From: Octopus vulgaris | Lineage: Eukaryota | Reading direction: 5' to 3' | Assembly: GCA_951406725.2 (NCBI GenBank) | Contig: OX597815.1 | Coordinates: 108,934,001-108,998,000 of the forward strand | Length of the DNA stretch: 64,000 nucleotides | In this document: positions 42,715 through 57,107 of the stretch, piece by piece | Layout of the letters: the number at the start of each line of letters is the position of its first letter | Position numbering within the stretch: position 1 is the first letter of the stretch | Notes under the pieces: model-generated | Told to the model about the DNA's origin: nothing | The model's input: only the letters and a program-made list of their open reading frames with translations | The model's database searches: none | Position numbers and translations under genes: made by a program

Positions 42715-43310
42715 CAAAGTTTTGATACTAAGACAGCAATTTCGATGCAGAAGATAAGTGGATCACATTGACCCCCCCCCCCCACTCCTCGAGTGGTGCT
42801 TATTTTATCGACTGCGAAAGGATGAAAAGCAAAGTCAACTTAGTAGAATTTAAATTCAGAGCATAATTTCGGAAGAAACGTCATCAAGCATTTTGTCCGG
42901 CGCAATAACGATCCTGCCAGTTCGCTGCGTAATTGGTTTCAAATTTTAGCACAAGGCCAGCAATTTCCGGTGAGAGGCTAAATCAATTACATCGACCCCA
43001 GTGCTCAACTAGTACTTACTTTATTGACCCCGAAGGAATGAGAGGCCAAGTCGACCTCGGTGGAAGTTGAACTCAGAACGTAAAGTTTGAAGAAATGCTG
43101 CTAAGCAATGGATAATATTAATACTAAATGGCAAGAACAGAGCGGTAGATTAAAAGAATCTTTAGAATGTCGGACAAATGATTTACAATATTTCTTCCGG
43201 CTATTTACATTCTGAGTTCAAATTCTGCCGAGATCATCTTTTACTTCCATCCTTGTGGTGGGTGGATGATAAAGTTAAGTACTTGTAAAATGCTAGAGTC
43301 GAGGGTTATC
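42715..43310. mobile_element. Cluster of three older SINE family A copies (two minus, one plus)
   Basis: Core motifs at ~42815, ~43030 and ~43215. Confidence 0.7.
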
Positions 43311-44270
43311 GACTATCGCACGTTAATATCTACTTTTATTAAAATTATATTTTAGCTATTTAACACTACAGCACTTAATCATACAGAATAAGCAAACAAA
43401 ATATCATTAGTCGAAAGAAAATCGAAAATTCGATGCTATTTTGTTTATTTTTCTAATATTTAATAGTAAACCATAACTTTAATTCGAGTTGACTTTTCGA
43501 ACGAAAAACAAAAGGAAAATGTTAATCTATTTGTTGACAAGTGAAATAAAGTGACAGCGATTTCCTTTCTTCAATTTATTAGTCTATTATCTTACCTAGC
43601 AGTTCAATAAAATAGAGAAAATTTGTCAGAAACACCTTATAATTAGTTGACATCTACTAATTAGCTTCTATTATAGATAAGTACAGATAATTATTATCCC
43701 ACAAGCGGTAAATTTATATAGAATTCGTTACTAGTCTCCAGATATCATTTCTCAAGGGGCATTACTCTACTTGTTTTAGAATATTTAAGGGAATGATAAC
43801 TGGTTTCAGACGTGCTATATTATGAAAAAGTTAAGAAAACGGACTAAGTCAGAACCAACAAATAATTAAAGAAACCGATATAAAGAAAATCTTGCAGTTC
43901 GTGATTTATTCTTTATTCAAAACAACAAACATACATATTCTTACACACATACATAAATGTGTTTATCACCACTAGAGTGCAAATCATTGATATTTCGACT
44001 GATAGTGCGACATTCTATTGACTTACAGAAATCTCTCAAACCCCTATTACTACAGTTACTGAGGATGGAAGTTCTAATCTAGTTAGAGACAATATTGTAT
44101 GAAATTCCCAGGTATCCATAAATGTAACCGATTAAATTGTTTTTAAATCAACATAGCTATTATTAATAAGACATTGAATAAGTCATGAATGATACACAGC
44201 CCCACTCAACACCGCTATATATCATAGCTCTCTACATAAAAGTGAAATAATATTATTACCATTTTTCTCA

Positions 44271-44425
44271 AGCGGCGAGTTGATGGAATTGTTAGCACGC
44301 CGGGCAGGAAAATTCTTAGCGGCATTTCATCCATCGTTACGTTCTGAACTCAAATTCTGCCGAGGTTGACTTTGCCTTTCATACTTTCGGGGCGGGGCGA
44401 TAAAATAAGTACCAGTTGAGCACTA
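44271..44425 (+). mobile_element. SINE family A
   Basis: gcggcgagttg...aaattctgccgaggttgactttgcctttcat...aataagtaccagtt. Confidence 0.8.
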
Positions 44426-46479
44426 CTTGGCGATTTTCACAAACAGTCCAGTGCAGTTATTCTGAATTGGCCATGTACTTTGGCGAGACTACAATCTAAA
44501 AACGTTTTGATATCGTTCATAACCAATGACCTGACTAAGCTATTCATAAATATTACCTAGATTAGGCTGTACTGATATCTCTTGTGGAGGACAAATGACT
44601 AATGATCTACAGCAGCACTTTATGGAATATGCAGATGAAGGTTCTTCGAGTCATGCTGCAGGATATGCAGAAGGTGCTGCATTCTTCTACAACTCACTTT
44701 CTGCAATTTTCTGACCATGGTTGATCCATATTGCATCTCACTGACTGATATGTAGACTCAATACATGCTCGATGTCTACAACATAAACTTCTCTGTCTGC
44801 GGGGGTTTTAATCCTTAAAGCTTGCATGCTTAAATATTTACTGACTAAAAGTGCCTGAGCTTTCAAAAATTGTGAAAACGTACTTTATTGTAGTTGAATA
44901 TATTTGAAGGCAAAACCCCAGTTATGCGATAGAACGCCGACGTATCATATATATTTTGCTTTTAATGCACTTAATTCGCTAGAGTGATTTCTCTGTGGGA
45001 AATTGATCCTCAAGTAAAGAGATATATACTTACTTAGTTGTCTTAGTTATTGATTGCTTCTCTCATCACTTTGCAATGCAGAGCATCACCCAAATTCAAG
45101 TACAGTCACTGTTTGAAATAACCATTAAGGATTCCCAACAGTTATGTTACATAACTACGTATTTTTCTTGTAAATTTATGTCAAATTGAGAATCTGTCTT
45201 TGAGCTTATTTTTAGAAACCAGATTATACTATGCAGTGATGGTTAAAATCATGTCAAATTTGATTCTGATTATCTTTTTATGATTATGCATAAGATTGTT
45301 GCGATAATTTAGGAAAACTAATTATAATAACGCATAGACATAATCGGGTATAGTCATTTTATTTGAATTTTTGAAATGGTAAATTATTATTTACTTGTCC
45401 TACTTGTAGTCACTACGTGTCGGTCGTTCTACCCTCCGACTTTCTTCAGTTGCCCGTTCCACTCACTAGTATTTCCGGAATTTCAATCCGAACCTTTAAG
45501 TGCAGAATAATGGGATTGTAATTATAAGCACTAACTAATTGTGAAATATCAAGTATCATAGTGTATACAGTGGGAGTGATTTCAATCTTGGGTCACTCAA
45601 ACTATATAAACTTGGGGTCAAGAGGAACGGACAGGCGACCTAACATGTAAGAGAATAATCGGAAAATACTCTTGGTAGAGTCAACAGAATGAGAATAATC
45701 TATCGTTCGTATAGTTATTAAAATGTTCAATTTGAAAAGATCATAAAATCAACAACCAAAACGTTGTGACTTGAAAATTAAAATGAAGACACTAGTCCAC
45801 TCATAAGTGTCGATTGAGCTAATTATGACTTCGAGTGTTTTCAGTAAGACTAAAGTGGTGCTCCTCGATATTTGAGTTTAGAGATATGTAGATATCGGGG
45901 AAATGATGGAGAGGAGCTCTTAAAACACAGTTAATTTATTTAGGTGTCGTATTGCTATGTACCTCATCAGCTCAATGTTTCTATTTTCCTCTGTGTAGTT
46001 GGAGAGGGATGTTTCATTTGTTATCGGTTTTGTTGGTATTGTAGTTTAACTATAGATAACCCTAAGTAAGCACATCCATGATAAAGAGTATATTCCTCGT
46101 CACCATCTTGTCATATTTTCCAGATCCATATTTTCCAACGGGTCTTTTTAACGAAACAAGATTGTAATTTAAGGGAAATTTGATTGCTATTTCTACCAAG
46201 TTGAGAGGCCACGTACAGTCTCCTTCGTTAGTATGACAGTGGTAAATGTTAATTGTTGTTGTTGAGGTCATAGCGATGGTAGTGTGGCGGTGAGTCTGTT
46301 TTATTTCTGGTTTCTTCGCTCAGACGAAGCCCCTTGCAACGAGCCCGATCAACTTCGTTGGACAACAGATACTCGAGTCAGTGGAAGAAGAGGTACGAGT
46401 ACCCGTGGGGGGTACGCTCATTTTCCCTTCTCTTTTTGCTTTTTTCACATACTGGGTCTGAAAGATAGAATGGTGTTCA

Positions 46480-47085
46480 TGGGCTTCGCAGGTTATCCAT
46501 GACTAGTAAAACAGATGTCATTAATATTCCTCTCAAAACATTACAAATCTCCACTTGCGCATACGGTATGAGCAGAATGAGAGCTCCAAATGTATGGCGT
46601 TCTGAAAAAGAACTGAATGCGAAGTCTGGGGATACATGGATCCAAAAAGAATCATGAGAGGAGGAGGGATGGGTAATTTTGAGACGTCTGTACAGGTGGT
46701 ATTATTCAGCCAGCTCTGAGGAAAAATGCCATTATAGTGAAGTGGGACAGTGTGCCTATGAGCAAGAGGCTGGAGCATCTCTGTGAGTGGCTTTATGTCA
46801 GTCAGTTGGATGATCCTTTCCTGGTTGCATGCATGGATGTCTGTGTGTGTAGCAATGACCTCGTTCTAAATGTGAGAGAATAATGCTATGGAGGTTTCGC
46901 CTGTGTTTTGTTGAGTGTCAACAATCGTTGAAAGCTGAGGCATTTTCTAGTACTGAAAAAAAGGACATTTTTTGCCATTGCGGTCCCAGCTATGTTAAAA
47001 ACGAGTTTTCGGCTGGAGATGACCTCCGTGATAGTTACACCCAACATTTAGAGCCGTTATGAGGGTTCTACTCTTGTGCTGCTCA
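46480..47085 (-). mobile_element. Probable CR1/Zenon-like LINE relic
   Basis: The minus strand (LQPLAHRHTV.L...YNG) resembles the 3' region of the relic at 20-21 kb. Heavily decayed. Confidence 0.4.
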
Positions 47086-47149
47086 TGATTAAGGGGACGT
47101 AGCGTGATGATATCACAAGTATGCATAAAGTTTTATGTTCAAATAAACT

Positions 47150-49360
47150 TTTAATGCAATGTTTTACGCTGGTATTGAGATCTGTTATTAGTTTTTCTCC
47201 ATCACATCTAGTTATTCTATAATAAAGCTTTTTTTTCTGTATTATGGTATCAGAAAATCAGATGACAATGATTATCTGATTTATTTTCCAGAAACAAAAT
47301 TGATTGCTATAAATCAATGCTGATCTAATATTGGTAAAGTTAGAACAGCAGCCAATATAAAGTTTATTAAAGTTGTTTGCTATTCTGACAAACGACGTGA
47401 CCTTGGAAAACTGTGTACACGATTGCCAACTGAGGCGGCTATAGTGTTGTTTTAGCAGTTCCAAAGGTTAGTCATTGGTGATATTTACGTATAAACTCCA
47501 TTTAAAATGAATGCATATAGACGTAAGTGCGTGAACAATCCAGACATATTCTGCTCCATTTGTGGCAGGTATGTTGACATTAAGCAGCGACAAAATATAA
47601 CTGATCTTGTGAAAAATCTATAGTTCACTTATTTTGGTGTTAAACTCGGTGATGGAGACAAACCTTGGGCTTCACAAAGTATGACACACTTGTTTCGAGG
47701 GGCTGAGACTCTGAAAAACCGGTAAGAATAAAGAAATGCCCTTTGGAACACCAGTGGTGTGGCGGGAGCGGAATAGCCATGTTGATGCATTACTTAAGTT
47801 GATGGGTAGAGTGCAAAAAATAAACATAAGATAATGTATCATAGTATTCCTGCGGCTATACGGCCAATTGCACATGGGGTGGACATTCCATTTCTTCCTC
47901 ACCCCCAACTTATTTTGGAGAATGTTACATCAGATAGTGATGAAGATGATAAATGTGAAGGAGAAATTGAAAGCCACACTCATGAAGAAGTCGAATTTCC
48001 TCAGTTATGAACACAGGAAAAGCTCAATGATTTGATGTGAGATTTGAATCTACCAAAGGATGAAGCAGAACTTCCTGGTTCTAGGCTAAAAATGTAAAAG
48101 CTTTTGTTACCAGGAACCCTCTTCTCTTAGTAGCCTCAAGGGGAATACGAATTGTTACCATTCTTTGCTGAGGATGTATCAATGGTGTTTTGCTGTAATA
48201 TTCCAAACCTGTTAAACTGTTTTGAGATGGGGAGCAATCCCTCTAAATGGAGGCTATTCATTGATTCTTCCAAAAGGAGTTTGAAGTCTGTTTTGCTACA
48301 CAATAGAAATAAGTATCTATTCCAGTGGCGCATTCTGTACAACTAAAGGAGACGTATGAAAATGCAAAAACATAATTTTATTAAATATAAAGTATGCAGA
48401 ATACCACTGACAATTTTGTGGAGATTTCAAAATTATAGGTGTGCTTTTAGGCCAGTAGGTAGGCTACAAAAACATGCCATGATTCTTATGTGAACGGGAC
48501 AACGGAACTAAAGAAAAGCACTGGATGTTTAAAGACTGGCCACAAAGGAGAAGTTTGTTACCTGGATCCAAAAACATTCTGCATGCGCCCTTGGTTGAAC
48601 CTACAAAAGTACTGTTATCAATTTTACACATCAAACTGGATTTGATGAAACTGTTCGTTGGACCGTGTTTGCAGTATCTCTGAAAAACATTCCCAAATAT
48701 AACTAGTAAGAAAATTAAAGTAGGAATATTTGTTGGTCCTGACATTTGTATACTAATGAAAGACCCAGATTATGAGGAATCCAAGTCGGAATCTCAAAAA
48801 CAGGCATGGTGAGCTTCAGGTGTGTTGTCGAGAACTTTTGGGGAAACAATAAGTGTTCAAATTACAAACTCATAGTTGCAAAACTTTAAAAAATTGGGTG
48901 TAACATGAGTTTTAAAATGTACTTCATTCACTTACAACTCGACTATTTCCCGGAGAACCTTTGCAATCGAGAGATTTCACCAGATCATTAAAGGACTGGA
49001 GCGGAGGTGCGAGGAGGAGATGTGGAATGCAAACATGATAGCGGATTACTGCCTAACCCTAAAGAGAGACTGCAATCAACTACCAAAAGCTGGAATGAAA
49101 CCAAAGAAAAAGAATTTTGAAAAGGAGTAACATTGCTTTAAAGCCATGATAAGTGCATTAAAAATATATATTTAGTTAATACATTATTCATATCTCTTTT
49201 TATTGTTATTATAGTCATTTGTTCTTAATATCATCATACTTTTATCTAAAAGTCTGCCACCAAAGGGAATGAAGATCAAGAAAAATCATATTTTTGACAG
49301 CCATTTGTGCAAAATCTGTACGTGATAATCTAAAACTAAAAATATTGTTCAGAATTTTTA
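47150..49360 (+). mobile_element. Chapaev3-like (CMC superfamily) DNA transposon, near full length but decayed
   Basis: CVNNPDIFCSICG..TYFGVKLGDGDKPWA..MPFGTPVVWRE..; LNDLM*DLNLPKDEAELPGSRLK; WRLFIDSSKRSLKSVLLHN; CGDFKIIGVLLG; LHIKLDLMK; ERFHQII..LERR..MIADYC. Recognised from memory as the Chapaev3 transposase type. Confidence 0.8.
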
Positions 49361-50120
49361 AAAATTGTTCCGAATAAAAAAATTGTTCCGAATAAAAAAA
49401 TGTTCAGAATCACCTTATAAGTAGGCAATCATCATTTACTTCAATTAAGATGCAGACTTGTGTATTCTTTTGTCAAGGAAAAAGACAACCTTTGGAATCT
49501 CTTCGGCGAAGGTAAGTTTCAAGACACCTGTTCTTAGTATTGGTGTGGGTTTGGTTTATGGTGTGAGGTTATGGAGGGATGATGTAAGGTTGTGAAAGAG
49601 GTAATTGAAGTATAGTAGGAAAAGAGTGTTGGAACAAAAACGAATTCTACTACAAACAGCTTACTGTTGCTTGGCTGTTCGATCAATTCACAGATGATTT
49701 AGAGGTGTTTTCTTTAAATTTTGAACCGAATAGATGAAGATCATCATCCCCATACCGATGTCTTCACTTCCTATGGGCTTTCTGGATCGTTGAGATATCT
49801 TCGTCACTCAAAACAGCTGTCACAGGCCAACTGGTGCTTATTTATGGCAGTATAGCCACCAATGGCACTTTTATTAGCTACCGTTCCATGTTTGACAGAA
49901 AGGGAATAAAGTTCTCTCTCTTAACAGGAGAGGGTCGACTCTCAGTGTTGACCTTAAAGAGGTCGCTAATCTCCAACCACTCATATTTTCTGCTGTGAGT
50001 AACAAAATAGTTTTACTTGCATAAAACCAGCGAACACTTTTTCTCATGGACGTGCATTTCTACCCGAGCTCCTTCACCAGAGTGACATTACCGCTCACCT
50101 TTCTTGTGTATCTGCTGTAA

Positions 50121-50506
50121 AGCGGCGAGCTGGCAGAAACGTTCGCACGCCGGGCGAAATGCATAGCCGTATTTCGTCTGCCGTTACGTTCTGGGTTCAA
50201 ATTCCGCCGAGGTCGACTTTGCCTGTCATCCTTTCGGGGTCGATAAATATAGTACCAGTTACGCACTGGGGTCGATGTAATCGACTTAATCCGTTTGTCT
50301 GTACTTGTTTGTTCCCCATGTGTTTAGCCCCTCGTGGGTAGTAAATAGATAGGTATTTCATTTGTCTTTACGTTGTGAGTTCAAATTCCGCCGAGGTCGA
50401 CTTTGCCTTTCATCTTTTCGGGGTAGATAAATTAAGTCCCAGTTACGTACTGAGGTCGATCTAATCAACTGGCCCCCTGCCCCAAAATTTCGGGCCTCGT
50501 GCCTAG
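50121..50506 (+). mobile_element. SINE family A with a tandem partial duplication
   Basis: ttcaaattccgccgaggtcgactttgcc occurs at ~50196 and ~50380. Confidence 0.85.
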
Positions 50507-51076
50507 ATTATTATTACTATTGCTGGTGGTAGCGAGCAGCTGCAGTGGAAGCGGTGGGGTGGTGGTGGTTGAAGTGATTGCATTGTTGTTGCCGTTTTGC
50601 ATGTCATTGCTCTTATTACTTCAACGTTTGGTCTTGTTGATGTTGTTGTTGTAGTCGTCATCATCGTCGTCGTCGTCGTCACTGTTGCTGTTCTTATTTC
50701 TGCCTTTGGTTTTGGTGTTTTTAATAACTTTCTCTTCACACTGAATGTTGTTATTGTTGTTGTAATTACTGATCGACAGGTTGTTGCTGTTACAAAACCT
50801 CTCGCCACTTTTCGTCCTCAGTAACTGTCAAAGCAACGATGCCCTGCTGTTTCGTGGGGGTGACTGGGAGAGGTGGACATTTTTTGCTTTGATAAGCAAA
50901 AGCTCCAAAGCAAATGACTGACTCAGCGTTAATGCTAGTACAACAAGCATGACTACCTCCCACTATTCCCCACTATACTTCAAAGAGAAAATTGTTGACA
51001 TTTTTAGCAAAAAAATATTTGTTTGCACGTTGGGTATGACGAGGTAAAACAGCTTAGGTTTCACTCAATTAAGAGG

Positions 51077-51765
51077 GTACAAGGCCAGCAATTTCAAGGC
51101 AGGGGTAAATCGTTTACATCGACCCCAGTGATCAGCTGGTACTTATTTATCGACTCCAAAATTATGAAAGGCAAAGTCGACCGCGGCGGAATTTGAACCC
51201 AGAACATAAAGATGGACTATGCATTTTGCCCAGTATGCTAACAATTACGCCAGCTCGCCGGCTTAATGCTTTAAACAATACTATTTTCAAATTTTGACAC
51301 AAGGCCAGCAATTTCGGGGATGGGAGTAAGTTTTGTGTATTGACCCCGAGTACTCAACTGATACTAATTTTATCGATTCCCGAAAGGATGGAAGGCAAAA
51401 TTGACCTCGGTAGAATGTGAACACAGAACGTAAAAACGGATGAAATGCCGCGAAGTATTTTGTCCGGCGTTCTAAGGATTCTGCCAGCTCGCCTCCTTAA
51501 TACCATAAATAATATTATCAAACAAAATTCTAAATTTTGCCAGAAAATCTATGAAGTACGGTTCAAAATTAGAGGCGTTGATGTTCATAATCAAAGTAAC
51601 TCACTAACAATTTGGTGGGATGGATTTCGATATCATCAGCGCCAGTGATTAACTGCTACTGGTTTTATCGATCCTGAAAGGATAAAAGGTAAAGTCGACT
51701 TCGGCAGAATATGAACTTAGAAAGTAAAGACGCACGAAATACTGCTAAGCATTTTGTTCGGCCCG
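51077..51765 (-). mobile_element. Three tandem older SINE family A copies
   Basis: Core at ~51165, ~51385 and ~51680. Confidence 0.75.
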
Positions 51766-51779
51766 CTTTGGCCTATATA

Positions 51780-53203
51780 GAGATGAAACTTCAGCAATCT
51801 CTAGAGGCGCGAACAGGCACACCTTGGACAGGATTATTCTTTGGCTGATTTCTTGAGGATGATGGTATTTCATAGCATCATTCCTCTATGTGCTTTTGCC
51901 TTGTCTGTTGACCTTTCTGGTGTATGAGGGCGTTTGATACGGATGCCCTCATCTGTATCTCATACCGGACCGCTGGTTCATCCGGTATGGACGAGATGAG
52001 GATTTCCAGTACCTTTTTGAAGATATCCACATCTATAGTGTGTAAATTTCTTAATTTTCGCGGCAGGGCATTGAAGAGCTGTGGGCCTTTAAAACCTAAG
52101 CTGTTTCAGTACCTGTTCCTGGATTTAGAAAGAGTACAATACAAAGGCGTCCAGTTCGGGCAGTTGAATAAACCTCAATGCCAAAATTAAGTGCTAGCCT
52201 TTCCAGAATTTTCCCTATATAGATTATTAAATATATGTTGAATCTTCGCTCCAGGGAGTAAAGTCGTAGTTTTTGCGTCTCTCTCTGTAGTTCATCTCCT
52301 GCACTGTTACAGACCTTTTTAGTGTAGTTGCTTTGGACCGCTTCAAGCCCTGCTGTTAATATGGCACCATGAGAAAACCATAGCTGACAGCATTATTCCA
52401 GGTGCCTGAGAACAAGATCTTCCACAACGATAACATAAGCCCTTAGTCTCTTGTCTCGAGGGACCTTGGTATCCATTCTGCAAGTTGTCTGTACTTTACT
52501 ACCATCTTGGTAGTGTGCTTATGAAATAATTCATCATTGCGCATACTGGTCCCCAAGTGTCTCACTGCTCATGATTCTGATACTGCGGTGCCTTCGAGCC
52601 CTGTATATGCAGGCTGTGGTACATTCTTTTGAGCTGATAGAGCAGTGCTTGAAATTTTCCAGCATTAAAATGCATGTAGTTTATTTCTGCCCACTTGTAT
52701 ATTGTAATCAGGTCCCGCTCTAAGCTTGCAACATCGTCTGGATTTTTTATTGCTTATGATAATTTTGTATCATCGGCGTAGCTTGCGAAAGTGGCTGTCA
52801 GGGTGACCGTGGGAATGTCTTAGAGAGCTGTTATAAATAGTAATAGCCCCAAGATAATTTTCCTGTGGGACACCACTTAGAAGTTGTGTTTTCTCAGAGA
52901 GGGCACCTTTGGCAGCAACTTCTATCTTTTGAGAAGTCATGCAGTCACTCACACGGTTTCCAGCTATGTCAAAGTCTCGCAGCTTGTGAATTACCATTCC
53001 ATGACCTACATTATCAAAGGCCTTTGTAAAATCAAGATATATCACATAGACATCTGCATGGTCAAGCAGCTGCTTCAAAACCCAGTCATAGTGTCGTAGG
53101 AGTTGTGTGAGGTAGCTTCTTCCTGGGCGGAAGCGATGCTGTGCGCCGTTCAGTAAGTCATCTTCATCTAGGAACATTAACTGTTTCTTCTTGATGATTC
53201 GTT
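51780..53203 (-). mobile_element. CR1-clade LINE RT and 3' region, decayed
   Basis: QHRFRPGRSYLTQLL..YVIYLDFTKAFDNV.H; SGVPQ; YADDTK; LYSLERRF...LGFKGPQLFNALP. Confidence 0.88.
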
Positions 53204-53399
53204 CTATAATATAATACAATTCAATATAATATAATATAATATAATATAATATAATATAGTATAACACAATATAATATATAAAATAATACAATATAATATA
53301 GTATAATACAATATCGTATAATGTGTGTGTATGTATATACCCCCACCCCCACACATATATATATATAAACCATTTGGCGTCATCCAGATCAAAAACATG

Positions 53400-53990
53400 C
53401 GGCATTCATGTCAAATGTGATACGGACATTGAAAGAAGGTGGAATAAGCAACCCCCAGATAGAATAGACAATCATTGCTAAAGGCAAAAAATACAGAGGA
53501 TGGGGTACCAAATGTCAACTCTCTATAACTGAAAAATTAAACATACAATCAACAACTAACGTCCTAAACATTAGAAATGAAACCTTTTCTCCCTGCATAT
53601 ATAGTCAATATTTTACACTCAAATATTTCATAGAGCCCCTTCACGCGAGGGTTGCCCTACCAGGATAGCCCCTTTCCTAAACGGGAACACACATAGCACA
53701 CGAGCTTCACACAAAGAAGAAATATACTCCAATGACGAACTATTTCAGCAAACAAGTATAAGAACACCATGCCCAGAACAAAAACAAAATAATGCGAAAT
53801 AATACAAACAAATTAATCACAAAATTTACCCTAATGACAAATTCAAGGGAGGCTGTTTTTCACAATTGAGTCGAATACCTTTCTCCACGTAATCGGCCTG
53901 AAAAATTAAGATAGCAGGATATTTTCCAAATTTTCTTAACATGAAACCAATGGTAGCCTCAATTCACAAATAAAGAAGTTATATCCACCA
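53400..53990 (+). mobile_element. Penelope-like relic (C-terminal GIY-YIG region)
   Basis: IE*TIIAKGKKYRGWGTKCQLSITEKLNI resembles the PLE W-x-I...C-x-LC-x-x-EK-x-x-I motif. Confidence 0.5.
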
Positions 53991-54024
53991 ATGTGTTGTT
54001 GAGCACTCATTCCCTTCGTTCGAC

Positions 54025-54115
54025 ATTTACATACACACACACACACACATACACTTTCATTCACACATATATAGATATATACATACATATATATATACAT
54101 ACGTATATATATATA

Positions 54116-54161
<46 letters not shown>

Positions 54162-54162
54162 C

Positions 54163-54213
<51 letters not shown>

Positions 54214-54478
54214 CGTATATATATATATTATATATATATATATATATATATGATTGTGTGTGTGTGTATGCGTATACCTACGTATATATATATTTATATA
54301 TGTATATACATACGTATATATATATATATATGTATATATATGTATATACATACGTATATATATATATGTATATGTATTTATATATATGTATATACATACG
54401 TATATATATATATTTATATATATGTATATACATACGTATATATATATATTCATATATATGTGTATACATACGTATATA

Positions 54479-54539
<61 letters not shown>

Positions 54540-54590
54540 GTATATAATATATATTGAATATACAAATAGGTATAATATATAATATATTCT
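54025..54590. repeat. (TA)n-derived low-complexity array with a recurring catacgtatatat unit
   Basis: Directly visible. Confidence 0.95.
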
Positions 54591-54639
54591 ATGTGTGTAT
54601 GTGTAGTTGTGTATGTATTTATGTATACTCTTTCACTCA

Positions 54640-54870
54640 TTACGTTTTTACTTGTTTCAGGCAGTTGGTGGGGGAAAAATCGCACACACACACTTATATA
54701 TATACACGACGAACTTCATTCAGTTTCCGTCTACCAAATCCTTGACAAAGCTTTGGTCGGCCTGAAGTTATAGTAGAAGACACTCGCTCAAAGTTCCACG
54801 CAGCTGAATTGAACTCGGAACCATGTGATTGGGAAGCAAGCTTTTTAACACATAGCCACTCCTCTGCGTA
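54640..54870 (-). mobile_element. Deleted OR2-like SINE
   Basis: ttcagtttccgtctaccaaatcc...agccactcct. Confidence 0.75.
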
Positions 54871-55825
54871 TGATTTGAACGGAAATCTTATCAGCTAACA
54901 AGGCGCAATGAGAGCCACTGTTGAGCGTTAAGGTGCGTTAAGCATCAAAATGTAAAATCATCAGTGATCTGGCTCTGTCTGTGACCGTAGGGACCTTTTC
55001 TCTTTTGTCAGCTCATTAAGATAATGCTTTTGTGGCTATTGAGTTGTTTTGACTTTTATTTCTAGGAATACGAATGCTGATTAGGACCCTCGTCCACTTT
55101 AGTGAAGTATACATATCATATATATAATATATGTACACATAAGCTCATATGGAGGCGAATGTGGTCTATATGTATACACAAGGGAACAAAAGATAATATG
55201 GTTGTGTGAGTGTGGTTGTACTTTTTTGGTAGTGATGGTGGGGGTATTTGTGCTTGTGCTTTATACATAAGTATATGCCCGGTTTCGGTTTTGTTACAGT
55301 GCACCGGGTTATAATGTATTCTGAGATGTATTTAGAAAATAAGACTAAAATTTTAGATCCCTACGTTTTTATGTATGGTCTTATGACCTTCTAATCCTAT
55401 TTGAAGCTTCCATTTTTTCAGTACTCTTTCTTTGTTTAATCACCTGATATCTGCTATCTCTTTAATTCATTTATACTATATTATGTTACATTATGTGTGT
55501 GTGTGTGTATACATGTGCGCGTGTGTGTATGTGCGTGTGTGTGTGTTTCCTTGTGTTAGTATGTGTGGGAATATGTTTGTGTATGTGTATATATATATGT
55601 AAATTTTATATATACTTATTTTTATATATTTACGTTAGCTATTTTTAATTACTCTACTTCCTCATTTTTATCCTTTCCTGTATTTTGTTAACGTTAAGGA
55701 TGATCAATTCTCTGAACTTCTCTCTAGTACCCTAACTGACGTGAAACAGTGCATCCTAGTCCCTTAGAGGAGCTTTCTGTGATAGCTACCGGATCCTCTG
55801 AATCCATATCCTATAGTATAATGTT

Positions 55826-55859
<34 letters not shown>

Positions 55860-56422
55860 CACACACACACATGTAGGTGTCTTGAAACCAGAATTGGATC
55901 TCCTCGTGTCAAGGATTCCGGATGAGTCTACCTTACGACAGGAAACAGATTATGGCAGCACATATAAGAGGAGTTTCAAGTAATGGTGTAGCACAGCCAA
56001 CGGTGGTGCCCCAGCATGACCGTAGTTATAAAGCTGAAATACTTTAAAGAATTTACACACACACCTACACACACACACATATATATATACATACACACAC
56101 ACACATATATACACACATATACACACACGTTAGCGACCGCTTATACTCAGTGAATGTGTTTTGCTTGTTTATTGTCTCACTGTTGCATAGCGCTTTGGGG
56201 AGGACTCCCTCATAGCAATGGGCGTTAAAACACCTGCAAGTCCTAGACAGGCGAGACTACTCGCCCCAATCTCGTTCAGGAGTGGTGGATACCGATATTT
56301 TGCCATTTTTGAGGCTTATCAACACCACGTACCTGAATTACATCGGTACATTAAGTATATGCGGTCAATTAATGTTTACAATACTAGCGCTGCTTTTAAT
56401 TTATAGTGTGTGTGTGTGTGTG

Positions 56423-57092
56423 TTCATGCCGAATTCTACTTGGTGGAATTATTAATTACTAGTTAATTAATTAATTTTACCCTTTATTATTATTGATAAT
56501 ATAATTCTCTCCCTGATAATAAACTACAGTTTTTCCGTAGTATTTTTACTCGACATCACACGTGGATGGGCGAGGGAAGATGAGGAACCTCATTCGTATA
56601 TTTTGAATTCGTCGGTACTGGACGTTGAATGCGATCTGTCTGATACTGTTTTGAATTGGATAGGTATGTTCAATTTTTCCAGTGCTCTCAAATTCAATAT
56701 CGTGGAATCCTGTGCTGAAGAGGAAAATGTTTGGGTGATGTATGATCTTTACATTCTTCATACCGATCTAATTCCGGAACGCGCCCACACGTAATCAAAT
56801 ACCGAGTGAATTTCGTTATTTTTCCTCTCTGCGTGGGTTATTTCGAGTATTTTGTTTTGTCCGGAAGTCTCTTCTTATAGTAGAAGAAATAGCTAAGGTT
56901 CTTTAGCTGCTATTTCTAAACTTCGGTATTTGGTAAAGCACATCTTTGCTGAACCCTAATTATAATTATACTCGTAATTATAAACTATTGTTTAAGTTTA
57001 CCGAAAAATGGTCCTTTTTCATGCCGAATTCTACTTGGTAGAATTATTAATTACTAGTTAATTAATTAATTTTACCTTTTATTATTACTGAT
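56423..57092. mobile_element. ~670 bp element bounded by ~75 bp direct repeats, between (TG)n and (TA)n
   Basis: ttcatgccgaattctacttggt(g/a)gaattattaattactagttaattaattaattttacc occurs at 56423 and 57018. Confidence 0.75.
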
Positions 57093-57107
57093 ATATGTAA
57101 ATATATA

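Noticed and set aside
50503-50824. Thr-rich and Val-rich ORFs
   Set aside because: Low-complexity TTG/GTC trinucleotide sequence with no splice or homology support.
54950-55400. Possible additional Penelope-like coding relic on the minus strand
   Set aside because: Only a vague resemblance (C...LMYKAQ), too decayed to support.
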